Below, one piece after another: positions 1-10,366 of a stretch of DNA of 64,000 nucleotides. Each line of letters starts with the position of its first letter. Within the stretch, counting starts at the first letter, position 1. The position numbers and the translations under genes are program-made. The DNA comes from Alphaproteobacteria bacterium MarineAlpha6_Bin4 (GTDB lineage: Bacteria > Pseudomonadota > Alphaproteobacteria > GCA-002720895): contig PTKO01000001.1 of assembly GCA_002937775.1 (NCBI GenBank), positions 1,294 to 65,293 on the forward strand, read 5' to 3'. The notes beneath the pieces are model-generated. The model made no database searches. It was given only the letters and a program-made list of their open reading frames with translations, and had not been told where the DNA came from.

Positions 1-74
1 CCTGTAGTTCAGTTGGTTAGAACACGCCGCTCATAACGGTGATGTCGCAGGTTCGAATCCTGCCGGGCCCACCA
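1..74 (+). tRNA. tRNA-Met (anticodon CAU), elongator-like; 5' end truncated by window edge (about 3 nt missing)
   Basis: Cloverleaf readable: D-stem GTTC/GAAC, anticodon stem CGCCG/CGGTG with loop CTCATAA (CAU), T-arm GCAGG-TTCGAAT-CCTGC, acceptor 3' strand CGGGCCC + A + CCA ending at 74. Resembles E. coli elongator tRNA-Met more than tRNA-fMet or tRNA-Ile2. Confidence 0.8.
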
Positions 75-79
75 CTAAG

Positions 80-679
80 TTATGATTTTTCCTTTAGCAA
101 AGAAATAAGTTTATCTATGTCACCTTGATTTTGATCTATTACTGATACAAATTCAGATCTTTGTGTTACAGCAAGACTAATTCCCTCTATAATAATATCA
201 AGAATTACGTACCTATCCTTTTTTTTTCCAATTTTCCAATCAACTTTTATTACAGGTGAATTTTTTATTTCTAAAATTGTATGTACTAAAAAAATTTTAG
301 GATTTGATTGGTTCTCAAAATTTAACAGTTTTAATTGTTCACCCGCATATTCATTAAACCTAGAAGAATAAGTTTTAACTACATAATTCCTAAAAGCTTT
401 TATAAAATTTTTTTTTTGATCTAAAGTGGCTTGCTTCCAGTATTTTCCTAAAACAAATCTTGATATTGAAGGAACATCAAAGTTTTTATCAAAGAGTTCA
501 CCAAATTGTGATTCTTTTTTAGCTTGATCAACAGCACTATCTGTAAGTTTACTTATAGCATCCTTAGTTATTGACATTACATATTCTCCAGGATTATTTG
601 TTGCTATAGTAAAATTCTTTGGTGTTGTAATAAACAATGCCATTAAAAAAACAACTAAAACAATTTTTTTAAATAACAT
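80..679 (-). CDS. mlaC: MlaC/Ttg2D-family periplasmic phospholipid-binding protein (toluene-tolerance auxiliary component)
   Basis: 199 aa, N-terminal signal peptide, family-typical length and motifs; adjacent to mlaA/vacJ homolog. Confidence 0.7.
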   Translation of the reverse strand: MLFKKIVLVVFLMALFITTPKNFTIATNNPGEYVMSITKDAISKLTDSAVDQAKKESQFGELFDKNFDVPSISRFVLGKYWKQATLDQKKNFIKAFRNYVVKTYSSRFNEYAGEQLKLLNFENQSNPKIFLVHTILEIKNSPVIKVDWKIGKKKDRYVILDIIIEGISLAVTQRSEFVSVIDQNQGDIDKLISLLKEKS

Positions 680-681
680 CT

Positions 682-1497
682 TTATTTATTTAAATATGAT
701 TGGTAATCAGTAATCTTGTCGTTTTCTATTTCATCAGCCCTTTTTTGAATATACATAGATCTTATAGAAGAATAGAAATCTAATGAGGTTGATTCAATTT
801 CTTCAAGAACACCCAATGTAGCTTGTCTATCATCAACCGCAGTACCAGCACTTTTTACTAAATTTCCCCATAAAGGCACTCCAATAAAAATTAATGGATC
901 TGTAAATATATCACCAATAAAACCAACTACATCCCTAGATGTTTGCGGCCCTTTAAATGGAAGTTGAACATAGTTACTTTCTTTCCAACCCCAAACTCCC
1001 AATGTATCACCAAAAGTCTCTGGTCTTTTTTCTATACCCATTTTTGAAGCTACATCTATAAAACCACCTAGACCGATTGTTGAATTAATAAATAATCTTG
1101 AGACAGTAGTAAAAAAACCATCAACTTTTCCTTGAAGCAAATTATTTATAGCGTATTGAGGGGTTCCAAAAAAATTATCTATTGCATTTCCCAAACCTCT
1201 TCTAAAAGGGTCAGGCACAACATTAACATATCCTCTTGTTGCTGGTCTAACTAAGGCCTTGTCGAGACCCAAATTAAAATCCCAAACACCTCTATTAAAT
1301 CCTTCTATAGGATCTATTGTACTATAATCCTTTTCTTCATAACCTTCACCAAGATCAAACTCGGATTCCACAATAATTGCGTCTTTAACTACGACATCAC
1401 TTTCATGATGTTCAGCTTTTACTGAGAAAGTTAATAAAACTATGAAAAATAAGCTAATAAAATATTTATACATGCACACAATAAATAAAAAACCCAA
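682..1497 (-). CDS. mlaA: MlaA/VacJ-family outer-membrane lipoprotein
   Basis: 271 aa; signal peptide followed by conserved VacJ-family core (DP.E..NR..F.FN, RP.TRGY motifs). Confidence 0.8.
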   Translation of the reverse strand: MGFLFIVCMYKYFISLFFIVLLTFSVKAEHHESDVVVKDAIIVESEFDLGEGYEEKDYSTIDPIEGFNRGVWDFNLGLDKALVRPATRGYVNVVPDPFRRGLGNAIDNFFGTPQYAINNLLQGKVDGFFTTVSRLFINSTIGLGGFIDVASKMGIEKRPETFGDTLGVWGWKESNYVQLPFKGPQTSRDVVGFIGDIFTDPLIFIGVPLWGNLVKSAGTAVDDRQATLGVLEEIESTSLDFYSSIRSMYIQKRADEIENDKITDYQSYLNK

Positions 1498-1583
1498 TAA
1501 ATTTTAAGTAATAATAATATACTATTTATTTTTTATTTAAATAATATTAAAAAAAAAGTTATTCACAGGCAATTTATAAAAAT

Positions 1584-2468
1584 ATGCAACAAAACCTTAA
1601 AATTTCATATGAATTTTTTCCACCAAAGAATGTAAAAATGTATCAAAGTTTATGGAGTACACTTAATAAATTAAAGATTTTTTATCCAGATTTTGTATCA
1701 ATTACGTATGGAGCTGGAGGCTCAACAAGACAAAGAACTCATGACACAATTAAAAAATTTACTTATAGACCATCAATTAAACCTATACCTCATTTAACGT
1801 GCATAGGTGATACAAAAGATTCTATTAAAAGATTGGCAATTGAATATTGGAAGTTAGGAATTAAATCAATTGTTGTAATTAGAGGAGATCCGGAAAATAT
1901 TAAATTAACAAAAAAAAGGAAATTTATAACTCATCCAAATGGCTATACGTATGCAAGCGAACTTATAAGGGATTTAAAGAAAATAAGAGATTTTGATATA
2001 ATAATTGCAGTTTTTCCAGAAATGCACCCAGAGTCTAAAGATATGAAAGAAGATATTGATAACTTAAAAAGAAAAATTGATTTGGGTGCAACAAAAGGTA
2101 TAACACAATTCTTTTTCGATAATAATAAATTTTATGAATTTATTAATATTCTAGAAAAGAAAAAAGTAAAAATACCAATTATTCCCGGTATATTGCCAAT
2201 AATTAATTTTAAAAAATTGAGCGAGTTAGCTGCCAACTGTAACTCATCTATTCCTAAAAATATTCAAAGATTATATAAAGATAAAAAAAAACCTGAATTT
2301 GAATTGTCTGTTGAGATTGCAACTAAACAATGTTTAGATTTAATAAAAAATGGTTTTAAAAATTTACATTTCTACACTTTAAATCGAGCGGATCTTACAG
2401 GTAAAATTTGTTCTAATTTAACTAAGAAAAGAATGACGCAAAAACCTTACGATGCATTCTGGAGCTAG
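1584..2468 (+). CDS. metF: 5,10-methylenetetrahydrofolate reductase
   Basis: 294 aa; N-terminal ISYEFFPPK and GAGGSTR motifs typical of MetF. Confidence 0.9.
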   Translation: MQQNLKISYEFFPPKNVKMYQSLWSTLNKLKIFYPDFVSITYGAGGSTRQRTHDTIKKFTYRPSIKPIPHLTCIGDTKDSIKRLAIEYWKLGIKSIVVIRGDPENIKLTKKRKFITHPNGYTYASELIRDLKKIRDFDIIIAVFPEMHPESKDMKEDIDNLKRKIDLGATKGITQFFFDNNKFYEFINILEKKKVKIPIIPGILPIINFKKLSELAANCNSSIPKNIQRLYKDKKKPEFELSVEIATKQCLDLIKNGFKNLHFYTLNRADLTGKICSNLTKKRMTQKPYDAFWS

Positions 2469-2470
2469 AT

Positions 2471-4663
2471 ATGAATAAAGAATTTTATTTAAAAAAACTT
2501 AACGAAAAGCAAAAAGAAGCAGTAGAAACTCTTAATGGGCCAGTTTTAGTTTTAGCTGGAGCAGGTACTGGAAAAACAAGAGTGCTAACAACAAGATTGG
2601 CTCATTTATTAAATAAAAAACTCGCAAAACCTTGGGAGATTCTTGCTGTTACATTTACAAATAAAGCGGCAAATGAAATGAAGGAAAGAGTGCAAAGTCT
2701 TTTAAAAATAGATATAGAAAGAATGTGGATAGGAACATTTCATTCATCTGGTTTAAAAATTTTAAGAAGACATGCGGAAATATGTTTTTTAAAAAAAGAT
2801 TTTACAGTTATTGATACTGACGATCAAGAAAGATTAGTAAAGCAGATTCTGGAAGCAAACAAAATTGACATTAAGAAATATACACCTTCTAATGTGTTAT
2901 GGATGATACAATGGTTTAAAGATAAAGCAATTTTTCCAGAAGACTCTAAAAATTACAAATTTAAATTTGGTAGATATCTTAATATAAGCAAGCTATACAT
3001 AGAATATCAAAAAAGATTAAACACTTTAAATGCCGTAGATTTTGGAGATTTATTGTTATTACCTGTAAAGGTGTTTAAAAAAAATTTAGAAGTTTTAGAA
3101 AAATATCAAAATCAATTTAAATATATTCTAGTTGATGAATACCAAGACACTGATATATGCCAAGATACTTTCTTAAAACTCTTATGTAAGAAGCATAAAA
3201 ATATTTGTTGTGTAGGAGATGATGACCAAGCAATTTATAGCTGGAGAGGTGCAGATGTAAAAAATATTCTTAATTTTCCTGATGTTTTTAAGGAAGCAAA
3301 AATTATTAGATTAGAACAAAATTATAGATCAACAGATCACATATTATCAGCAGCTAGTAAATTAATAGAAAATAACAAAGATAGATTGGGTAAAACTTTA
3401 TGGACAGATTCACTTAAAGGAGAAAAATTAAAAGTTTCTTTTTTTGAAGATGGAAAAGATGAAGCAAAAAAAGTGTCTCTAGAAATTGAAAAATTAAAGC
3501 TAAAAAAAAGAAAATTGGATGAAATAGCAATTTTAGTTAGAGCTAGTTTCCAAACACGATTATTTGAAGATAGATTATTAAAAATTGGAATTCCTTATAG
3601 AGTTATAGGAGGTTTTAGATTCTATGAAAGATTAGAAATAAGAGATGCGATTGCATATTTTAGGATAGTACATAAAAATAATGATGACCTTGCTTTTGAA
3701 AGAGTTTTTAATACCCCAAAAAGAGGACTTGGAACTGTAGCCTTCCAAACATTGTTTAAATTTGCGAGAGATTCAAATATGACTTTAATAGATGCTTCTA
3801 AAAAAATTATAGAAACTGATGAGTTAACTTATAGTGCGAGAAATTCTATTAAAGAATTTATAGAGAATATAAACAAATGGAAAAGTAAAATTGGTAAAAT
3901 TAATCATATTGAATTAGCAAAAATTATATTAGAGGAATCTGGGTATACTAAAATGTGGTTAAATGACAAATCCATAGATTCGCCAGGTAGATTAGAAAAT
4001 TTAAAGGAACTAATAAGTGCGCTAAGGGATTTTTCAAATATGAATGAATTTTTAGAACACATATCTCTAGTAATGGAGAATGAGAGAAATTATAAATTTG
4101 ACATGGTAAATATTATGACGATGCATGCAGCTAAGGGTTTAGAATTTGAAAATATATTTCTTGCAGGGTGGGATGAAGGATTATTTCCACATCAAAAATC
4201 TTTAGAAGAAAAGGGAAATAAAGCTTTAGAAGAAGAAAGAAGACTCGCATATGTTGGTATAACTAGAGGTAAGAACAACGTCTATATTTCATTTGCAAAA
4301 AGAAGATTTATTCATGGAACATGGAACTTTAGTCAACCATCAAGATTTTTATCAGAGTTGCCAAAAGAAAACATTGAGACTAATGAAGATTTTTTTGAAG
4401 AAAAAGAAAATTTCATAGTAGATCAGGATGAATATGAAAAAAGGATAAAAAATCCAAACCGACTGTTATTTAAAAATAAAAATTTGATAGAAGATAGAGA
4501 TTCATATGAATCCGAATATAAATTCAAGATTGGAGATGAAATTTTCCACGATAAGTATGGTTATGGAACAATAAAATATATAGTAGATGGAAAATACGAA
4601 ATAATTTTTGATAAATATAATGAAACAAAGATTGTTTTAGAGAATTTTATTAAACATGTGTAA
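2471..4663 (+). CDS. uvrD: UvrD/Rep/PcrA-family ATP-dependent DNA helicase
   Basis: 730 aa; Walker A AGAGTGKT, helicase motifs (TFHS, DEYQDT, VGDDDQAIY, QNYRST, MTMHAAKGLEF, VGITR). Confidence 0.9.
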   Translation: MNKEFYLKKLNEKQKEAVETLNGPVLVLAGAGTGKTRVLTTRLAHLLNKKLAKPWEILAVTFTNKAANEMKERVQSLLKIDIERMWIGTFHSSGLKILRRHAEICFLKKDFTVIDTDDQERLVKQILEANKIDIKKYTPSNVLWMIQWFKDKAIFPEDSKNYKFKFGRYLNISKLYIEYQKRLNTLNAVDFGDLLLLPVKVFKKNLEVLEKYQNQFKYILVDEYQDTDICQDTFLKLLCKKHKNICCVGDDDQAIYSWRGADVKNILNFPDVFKEAKIIRLEQNYRSTDHILSAASKLIENNKDRLGKTLWTDSLKGEKLKVSFFEDGKDEAKKVSLEIEKLKLKKRKLDEIAILVRASFQTRLFEDRLLKIGIPYRVIGGFRFYERLEIRDAIAYFRIVHKNNDDLAFERVFNTPKRGLGTVAFQTLFKFARDSNMTLIDASKKIIETDELTYSARNSIKEFIENINKWKSKIGKINHIELAKIILEESGYTKMWLNDKSIDSPGRLENLKELISALRDFSNMNEFLEHISLVMENERNYKFDMVNIMTMHAAKGLEFENIFLAGWDEGLFPHQKSLEEKGNKALEEERRLAYVGITRGKNNVYISFAKRRFIHGTWNFSQPSRFLSELPKENIETNEDFFEEKENFIVDQDEYEKRIKNPNRLLFKNKNLIEDRDSYESEYKFKIGDEIFHDKYGYGTIKYIVDGKYEIIFDKYNETKIVLENFIKHV

Positions 4664-4683
4664 CTTTATAAATAAAAAAAATT

Positions 4684-6441
4684 TTGTCTAATAAGAAAAA
4701 AATAGAAAAAATAACAAATCTTTTAAAAAAAAAAGATTGCGATTATTATTTACTTCCTCGTACAGATAAATTTCAAAATGAATTTATTTCAGAGAAAGAT
4801 GAAAGAGTAAAATGGCTTACAGGATTCTCTGGTTCATTTGCTTTTGTTATAATTTCACTAAACAAAAATTTTATATTTACGGATGGAAGATATATTGATC
4901 AAGCTAAAAAAGAAATAAATCAAAAAAATTTTAAAGTTTTAAATATTAGTAATACAAATCCAATTTTGTGGCTAAAAAACAAAATGAAATTAAAAGAAAA
5001 GATTCTTTTAGATAGCTGGTTATTTACTTCTAACAATCTTAATTATATCAAAAAAGTAATAAAGAAAAAAAAATGCGAGGTTATTCTAAATAAAGAAATA
5101 TTGATTGATCAGATCTGGAAACCGAAACTTAGAAATATTGATGATAAAATTTTTATTAGAGATAAAAAACATTCGGGAATTTCTTTTGAAAGGAAAATAA
5201 AATATGTAAAAGAAATTTTTAAAAAGAAAAAAATTAGTAGTTTTTTTTTCTCATCCCCAGAATCTATTTCCTGGCTTTTAAATATTAGAGGTAATCAAAT
5301 TAGATATACACCAGTAGTTTTGTCTTTTCTAATAATGAATTTAAATAATGAAAATTTTTTTTTAACGAAAAATAATATAAAGTTAAAAAAATACTTAGGA
5401 TCTAATTTTAAAATTTTTAGTATTAATGATTTAAAAAAAATTTTAATTAATTTTTCTATAATAAATAAAGAAATTTTCTTGGATCCTAATAAAACCCCAT
5501 GTTTTATTGAAAAATTTCTATTAGATCTTGGAGTAAGTGTAAAATATTTTGAGGATCCTTGTGTAAATTTAATGTTAGTAAAGAACCATGCAGAAATAAA
5601 TGGGTCAAGAAATTGTCATGTAAGGGACGGAGTTTCTATTTGCAGATTTCTTTATTGGCTTAGTGAAAAAATTAAAAAAAAAGAAAAAATTACAGAGTTA
5701 AAAGCATCGGAAAAGTTATTTGATTTTAGAAAAAATAACAAATTTTTTTACGACCTTAGTTTTGAAACAATTTCAGGTTATGGTGCAAATGGGTCTATAA
5801 TACATTATAGAGTTACAAAAAATACAAATAAGGTTTTAAAAAAAAACAATTTATACCTATTTGACTCTGGTGCTCAGTATTTGGATGGGACAACCGATGT
5901 CACAAGAACTATTAGTATAGGTAACAAACCTAGTTTAGAACATAAAGATTTGTTTACTAGAGTCCTTAAAGGAAATGTAGAGCTAAGTAGTAGTATTTTT
6001 TCTGAAAAAACTATGGGTAGGGCATTGGACAAAATAGCAAGAAAGTATTTAAAAAAAAAAAAATACGATTATCCTCATGGTACCGGACATGGAGTAGGAA
6101 ATTTTCTTTCTGTTCATGAGGGGCCAATTTCAATTTCAAAAAATTCTAAAACAAAATTTAAAAGCGGAATGTTATTAACTAATGAACCAGGCTTTTATAA
6201 ATCTAATAAATATGGAATAAGAATTGAAAATATATTGCTAGTGAAAAAAAAAAACAAACTTCTCTCTTTTGAAGTTTTAACTTTAGCGCCAATAGATATT
6301 AAATTAATTGATTATAAGTTATTGAATTTAAAGGATAAAATGTGGATAAATAATTATCATGATAATGTTTTCAATAAAATAAGTAAGTATTTAGATAAAA
6401 AAGAAACTATTTGGTTAAGGAATAAAACGTTACCAATTTAA
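4684..6441 (+). CDS. pepP: Xaa-Pro aminopeptidase (M24B family, long form with N-terminal creatinase-like domain)
   Basis: 585 aa; M24 metal-binding motifs (DSGAQY, HGTGHGVG, NEPGFY); 3' end overlaps convergent ligA stop by 4 nt. Confidence 0.8.
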   Translation: MSNKKKIEKITNLLKKKDCDYYLLPRTDKFQNEFISEKDERVKWLTGFSGSFAFVIISLNKNFIFTDGRYIDQAKKEINQKNFKVLNISNTNPILWLKNKMKLKEKILLDSWLFTSNNLNYIKKVIKKKKCEVILNKEILIDQIWKPKLRNIDDKIFIRDKKHSGISFERKIKYVKEIFKKKKISSFFFSSPESISWLLNIRGNQIRYTPVVLSFLIMNLNNENFFLTKNNIKLKKYLGSNFKIFSINDLKKILINFSIINKEIFLDPNKTPCFIEKFLLDLGVSVKYFEDPCVNLMLVKNHAEINGSRNCHVRDGVSICRFLYWLSEKIKKKEKITELKASEKLFDFRKNNKFFYDLSFETISGYGANGSIIHYRVTKNTNKVLKKNNLYLFDSGAQYLDGTTDVTRTISIGNKPSLEHKDLFTRVLKGNVELSSSIFSEKTMGRALDKIARKYLKKKKYDYPHGTGHGVGNFLSVHEGPISISKNSKTKFKSGMLLTNEPGFYKSNKYGIRIENILLVKKKNKLLSFEVLTLAPIDIKLIDYKLLNLKDKMWINNYHDNVFNKISKYLDKKETIWLRNKTLPI

Positions 6442-8528
6442 ACAATCAGCTTCTTCCATTCACTTTCATTTAAAACTTTAACTTTTAGATCTCTTGCCTT
6501 TTTTTCTTTTGAACCGGAATCTGTGCCAGCTATAACATAATCTGTGTTATTTGAAACAGAATTTGTGACTTTAGCTCCTAATTCTTCAGCCTTTGATTTA
6601 GCTTCACTTCTACTCATATTTTTTAATGTTCCAGTAAAAACAATTATTTTTTCAGATATTTTTGAATTAGATTTTGTAGAATATTTATAACTTTCAACAT
6701 TATTAAGTGCATCGTTTAGTTTATTAACAATTTCAATTTTTTCTTTGTCAAAAAAATTTTTAATATCTTCGACTACATCAGGTCCAATCCCATCAATATT
6801 TAAATAACTTTCATAAACATTGTTTATATTTTTACTAAGGGATTTAATAGATTCAAACCAAGATTTAAAATTTTTAAAATGTTTAGATAATAGATTTGAT
6901 GTTCTTTGTCCAACTTGAGGAATTCCTAAAGAGTATATAAATTTTTCTAGTGAAACCTTTTTTTTTAAATTAATTGCTTTTATAAGATTTGAATAAGATT
7001 TTTCTCCAAAACCTTCTTTATTAATTATATTATTTTTGTACTTATCTAAATAAAAAATATCATAGGGATATTTTATAAATCCTTCCTTCCAAAATTTTTT
7101 TAAATTTCTTCCACCAAGACCTTCTATGTTAAACGCATTTCTAGAAACAAAATATTCTAAAGATCCTATTTGTTGATCTTCGCAAATAGACCAACCACCT
7201 GTACACTTTACAGCCACTTCATTTTCTTTTCTGTCTGTTTTTGATTTACAACAAGGGCAAACATTTGGAATAACAAATTTTTTTGATTTTTCATTTCTTT
7301 TACTTTTATCTACAGATATTACTTGAGGTATTACATCTCCAGCTCTTTGAAGCTTTATCGTATCACCTATTCTTATATCCTTTCTATCAATTTCATCTTG
7401 GTTATGAAGTGAAACTCTTGAAACCTTTACACCTCCAATATAGACTGGTTCTAATTCGGCAACTGGAGTTAATATACCAGTTCTTCCTACTTGAACTTTT
7501 ATATTTATTATTTTAGTTTCAGCTTTTTCTGCTGGAAATTTTCTTGCCACAGCCCATCTAGGAGCTCTTCCAACTAAACCTAATCTATTTTGTATTGATA
7601 TGTCATTTATTTTATAAACAATCCCATCTATATCATAATTTAAATTATTCCTAATTTTTTCAATCTTTTCATAAAATAATTCTACATCATTAAAATTTTT
7701 ACATATTTGATATAGATCATTTGTTGGAAATCCAAAAACTTTAATTAAATTTAAAAATTCACTTTGTTTTTTAAAGTTTATTTCTTTTGTTATTTCTCCA
7801 TATGTGTATGCAAAAAAATTCAGTTTTCTTTCTTCAACTACATTTCTATCTAATTGTCTTAGTGAACCAGCTGCAGCATTCCTAGTATTAGCAAACAAAC
7901 TGTCATTGCTCTTTTTTCTAATTTCATTTAAATTTAAAAAATCTTTTTTTTTCATATAAATTTCCCCTCTTATTTCAAATGTTTTAATATTTTTTAATTG
8001 CTCTATATTCTTTGGAATATCTTTTATTGTTTTAAGATTTAGTGTAACATCCTCACCTATTTGCCCATCACCTCTAGTTGCTCCAGATGCAAAATTGCCG
8101 TATTCATATTTTAATGAAATTGATAGTCCGTCAATTTTAGGTTCAGCTATTAACTCTATAAATTGATTTTTTGTATTTAAATATCTTGATACTTTTTCAA
8201 CATATTTTTTTACTTCATCAAGATTTAAAGCATTTTCCAATGATAACATTGGAAGAATGTGCTTTATTTTAGAAAAACTTTGGTTTGGTTTATAACCTAC
8301 CTTTTTTGTTGGCGAATCCTTGGTTTTTAGAAATGGAAATTCTAATTCTAAATCTTTAAGTTTTTGCCATAACTTGTCATATTCAATATCACTAATTTTA
8401 GGATTATTCTCACCATAATATAATTTATTATGTATAGTTATTTCTTTTTTAAGCTTTAGATATTTATTTTGAATTTCTTTAACATACTCTTTTTTTTTAT
8501 CCTTTTTCTTCATTTTTTTTATATCCAT
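6438..8528 (-). CDS. ligA: NAD-dependent DNA ligase
   Basis: 696 aa; adenylation motif KIDGLS, OB/Zn-finger (CPCC), HhH and C-terminal BRCT; start overlaps bamD 3' end. Confidence 0.92.
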   Translation of the reverse strand: MDIKKMKKKDKKKEYVKEIQNKYLKLKKEITIHNKLYYGENNPKISDIEYDKLWQKLKDLELEFPFLKTKDSPTKKVGYKPNQSFSKIKHILPMLSLENALNLDEVKKYVEKVSRYLNTKNQFIELIAEPKIDGLSISLKYEYGNFASGATRGDGQIGEDVTLNLKTIKDIPKNIEQLKNIKTFEIRGEIYMKKKDFLNLNEIRKKSNDSLFANTRNAAAGSLRQLDRNVVEERKLNFFAYTYGEITKEINFKKQSEFLNLIKVFGFPTNDLYQICKNFNDVELFYEKIEKIRNNLNYDIDGIVYKINDISIQNRLGLVGRAPRWAVARKFPAEKAETKIINIKVQVGRTGILTPVAELEPVYIGGVKVSRVSLHNQDEIDRKDIRIGDTIKLQRAGDVIPQVISVDKSKRNEKSKKFVIPNVCPCCKSKTDRKENEVAVKCTGGWSICEDQQIGSLEYFVSRNAFNIEGLGGRNLKKFWKEGFIKYPYDIFYLDKYKNNIINKEGFGEKSYSNLIKAINLKKKVSLEKFIYSLGIPQVGQRTSNLLSKHFKNFKSWFESIKSLSKNINNVYESYLNIDGIGPDVVEDIKNFFDKEKIEIVNKLNDALNNVESYKYSTKSNSKISEKIIVFTGTLKNMSRSEAKSKAEELGAKVTNSVSNNTDYVIAGTDSGSKEKKARDLKVKVLNESEWKKLIV

Positions 8529-9288
8529 ATTTTTTGTATAAATTATAGCTTAGCTTATACCAATTACTATTTTTGAAATTATAGCTTAATACAGCAGTAG
8601 TTTTCTTTGCTTCTCCCAATATTCCTAAAGATAAATATGATTCAGTTAACCGATATAAAGCCTCTGGCGTTTGTGCTGTTGTATTATAATCATCGATAAC
8701 AGCCTTGAATCTTTCTATTGCAGCTAAGTGCTTGTTCTTTTGTTGATAATATCTTCCGACATTCATCTCTTTTGCTGCTAACTGATCATTTGCTATTAAT
8801 ATCTTTTTTTTTGCGTCTTTAGCGTAAATACTATTAGGAAATTTTTTTATTAATTCCTCAAATATTTTTTTTGAATTTTGTGATGGATCTTGATCTAATG
8901 ATACATTGCTAATTCTTTCAAAAAAGCATAGTCCTTTTAAATATAATGCATATGACATTAATTTATCTGCAGGATGAAGGTTTATAAATCTATCAATGGA
9001 AAAAACACTACTTTCATAGTCTTTATTTAAATAATATGCATAAGCAGCCATCAATTTACTTTTTTTAGCTAATTTAGAATAAGGGTGTTGTTTATCAACT
9101 TCTTCATATACTTCTGCTGCTAAAGTATAATTTTTTTGTTTTAAATATCTATCGGCATCCTGGAATAACAGCTCTGGTGGCTTTTCAACATATGTAACCA
9201 CAGGTTGTGTTTCCAATCTCTTTTTTATTGAACCAACATTACAGCTAGCTAATAAAAAAATTAAAATTATAAATATAGGTAACTTCAT
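8497..9288 (-). CDS. bamD: Outer-membrane protein assembly factor BamD (YfiO), TPR lipoprotein
   Basis: 263 aa; lipoprotein signal with lipobox LLASC, TPR-like helical repeats; sits downstream of lpxC. Confidence 0.75.
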   Translation of the reverse strand: MKLPIFIILIFLLASCNVGSIKKRLETQPVVTYVEKPPELLFQDADRYLKQKNYTLAAEVYEEVDKQHPYSKLAKKSKLMAAYAYYLNKDYESSVFSIDRFINLHPADKLMSYALYLKGLCFFERISNVSLDQDPSQNSKKIFEELIKKFPNSIYAKDAKKKILIANDQLAAKEMNVGRYYQQKNKHLAAIERFKAVIDDYNTTAQTPEALYRLTESYLSLGILGEAKKTTAVLSYNFKNSNWYKLSYNLYKKYGYKKNEEKG

Positions 9289-9363
9289 TCTTTTTTAATT
9301 AAATAAACATTTAAATTAAAAAAATAACAAAAATTTAATAAAAAAAGTAAGTTTTTTTTTGTT

Positions 9364-10299
9364 TTAAGAAGCTATTTGGCTTGGTATTTGTATAGCAATA
9401 ATATTATTTTCTTTTTTAATTACTTCAGACATATTAACTAGTGCAAATGAGGACTTATCTGAGAAAATTTTCTTTAAAAGCTTGTTATTTATAGAATGTC
9501 CAGATTTTATTCCTTCGAAATGCCCTAAAATTGAGTGGCCTGATAAATATAAATCGCCAATAGCGTCTAAAATTTTATGTCTAACAAATTCGTTCTTATA
9601 TCTAAGACCAGACTTATTAAGTATTTTTTTTCCATTTAAGACTATGCAATTTTTCAAAGAAGCCCCTTTAGCAAAACCATTGTTTTTGAGATTATTAAAT
9701 TCTTCAAAAAAACCAAAAGTTCTAGCAGCGGCAATTTCATTTTTATAATTATTATTATTAACAATTATAGAATACTTTTCTTTTTTTATGATCGGGTGCT
9801 TATAATCTAATTTGTATGAAACATCAAAATTATTATTTGAAGGCGAGATGGATGCTTCTGAAGATCCATTTTTAAAAGTAATTTTTTTTAGAATTTTAAG
9901 AAATTTTTTATCTTTATGTTGTGACACAATTCCGACTTTAGAAATTTTATCAAAATAAATTTTTGAACTGCCATCAAGTATAGGAATTTCAGGCCCAGAA
10001 ACTTCTATTAACAAATTATCTATTTGTAAAGCTGAAATAGCTGACATTAAATGTTCAATTGTTGAGACAGATACGCCAAAACTATTTGATATAGTAGTAG
10101 AAAGCTTAGTATTTGTGACATTATTCCAGATTGCTTTTATAATATTTCTTTTTTTATTTACATCTTTTCTAACAAAAGTTATTCCTTTTCCATCGTCCGC
10201 AGGAAGTAATTTAACTTTTGATTTTAATCCTGTGTGTAGAGCCTTGCCTTGAAATGAAATTTCTTTTTTAATGGTTTTTTGTTTAATCAATGAGGACAT
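9364..10299 (-). CDS. lpxC: UDP-3-O-acyl-N-acetylglucosamine deacetylase
   Basis: 311 aa; conserved LpxC N-terminus (FQGKALHTG, TIEHL..A) and C-terminal HK.LDAIGDL motif; canonical position after ftsZ. Confidence 0.92.
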   Translation of the reverse strand: MSSLIKQKTIKKEISFQGKALHTGLKSKVKLLPADDGKGITFVRKDVNKKRNIIKAIWNNVTNTKLSTTISNSFGVSVSTIEHLMSAISALQIDNLLIEVSGPEIPILDGSSKIYFDKISKVGIVSQHKDKKFLKILKKITFKNGSSEASISPSNNNFDVSYKLDYKHPIIKKEKYSIIVNNNNYKNEIAAARTFGFFEEFNNLKNNGFAKGASLKNCIVLNGKKILNKSGLRYKNEFVRHKILDAIGDLYLSGHSILGHFEGIKSGHSINNKLLKKIFSDKSSFALVNMSEVIKKENNIIAIQIPSQIAS

Positions 10300-10366
10300 A
10301 CTTATAAATTAATTGCAGATATGTTTTTAGCAATTAACTGTTTGTTACAGTATGTAACTCAGAATA

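Noticed and set aside
1498-1583. Possible SAM riboswitch upstream of metF
   Set aside because: Only 86 nt of nearly pure A/T with no GC-containing helices or pseudoknot-capable segments; cannot form SAM-II/SAM-V architecture.
7283-7516. Antisense ORFs embedded in well-supported genes. They lie in ligA, lpxC, ftsZ, ftsA, ftsI, mraY, murD, murG, murB, hflK, degP, miaA, leuA, mreB, mreD, mrdA, K-rich ORF, ispB, glyS, GT9 and dcd. Examples: 7283-7516, 9482-9748, 10533-10880, 11151-11555, 11701-12018, 12775-13062, 15948-16193, 20535-20795, 21486-21926, 24101-24289, 24957-25289, 26637-27338, 29237-29446, 33430-33771, 35102-35287, 35444-36223, 36583-36783, 41208-41414, 42608-43021, 44533-44715, 45594-46307, 48135-48386, 53241-53462, 56780-57932, 60112-60492, 63172-63417.
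   Set aside because: Each overlaps, on the opposite strand, a gene with strong family-level evidence; products are low-complexity or hydrophobic with no recognisable motifs; typical shadow ORFs.
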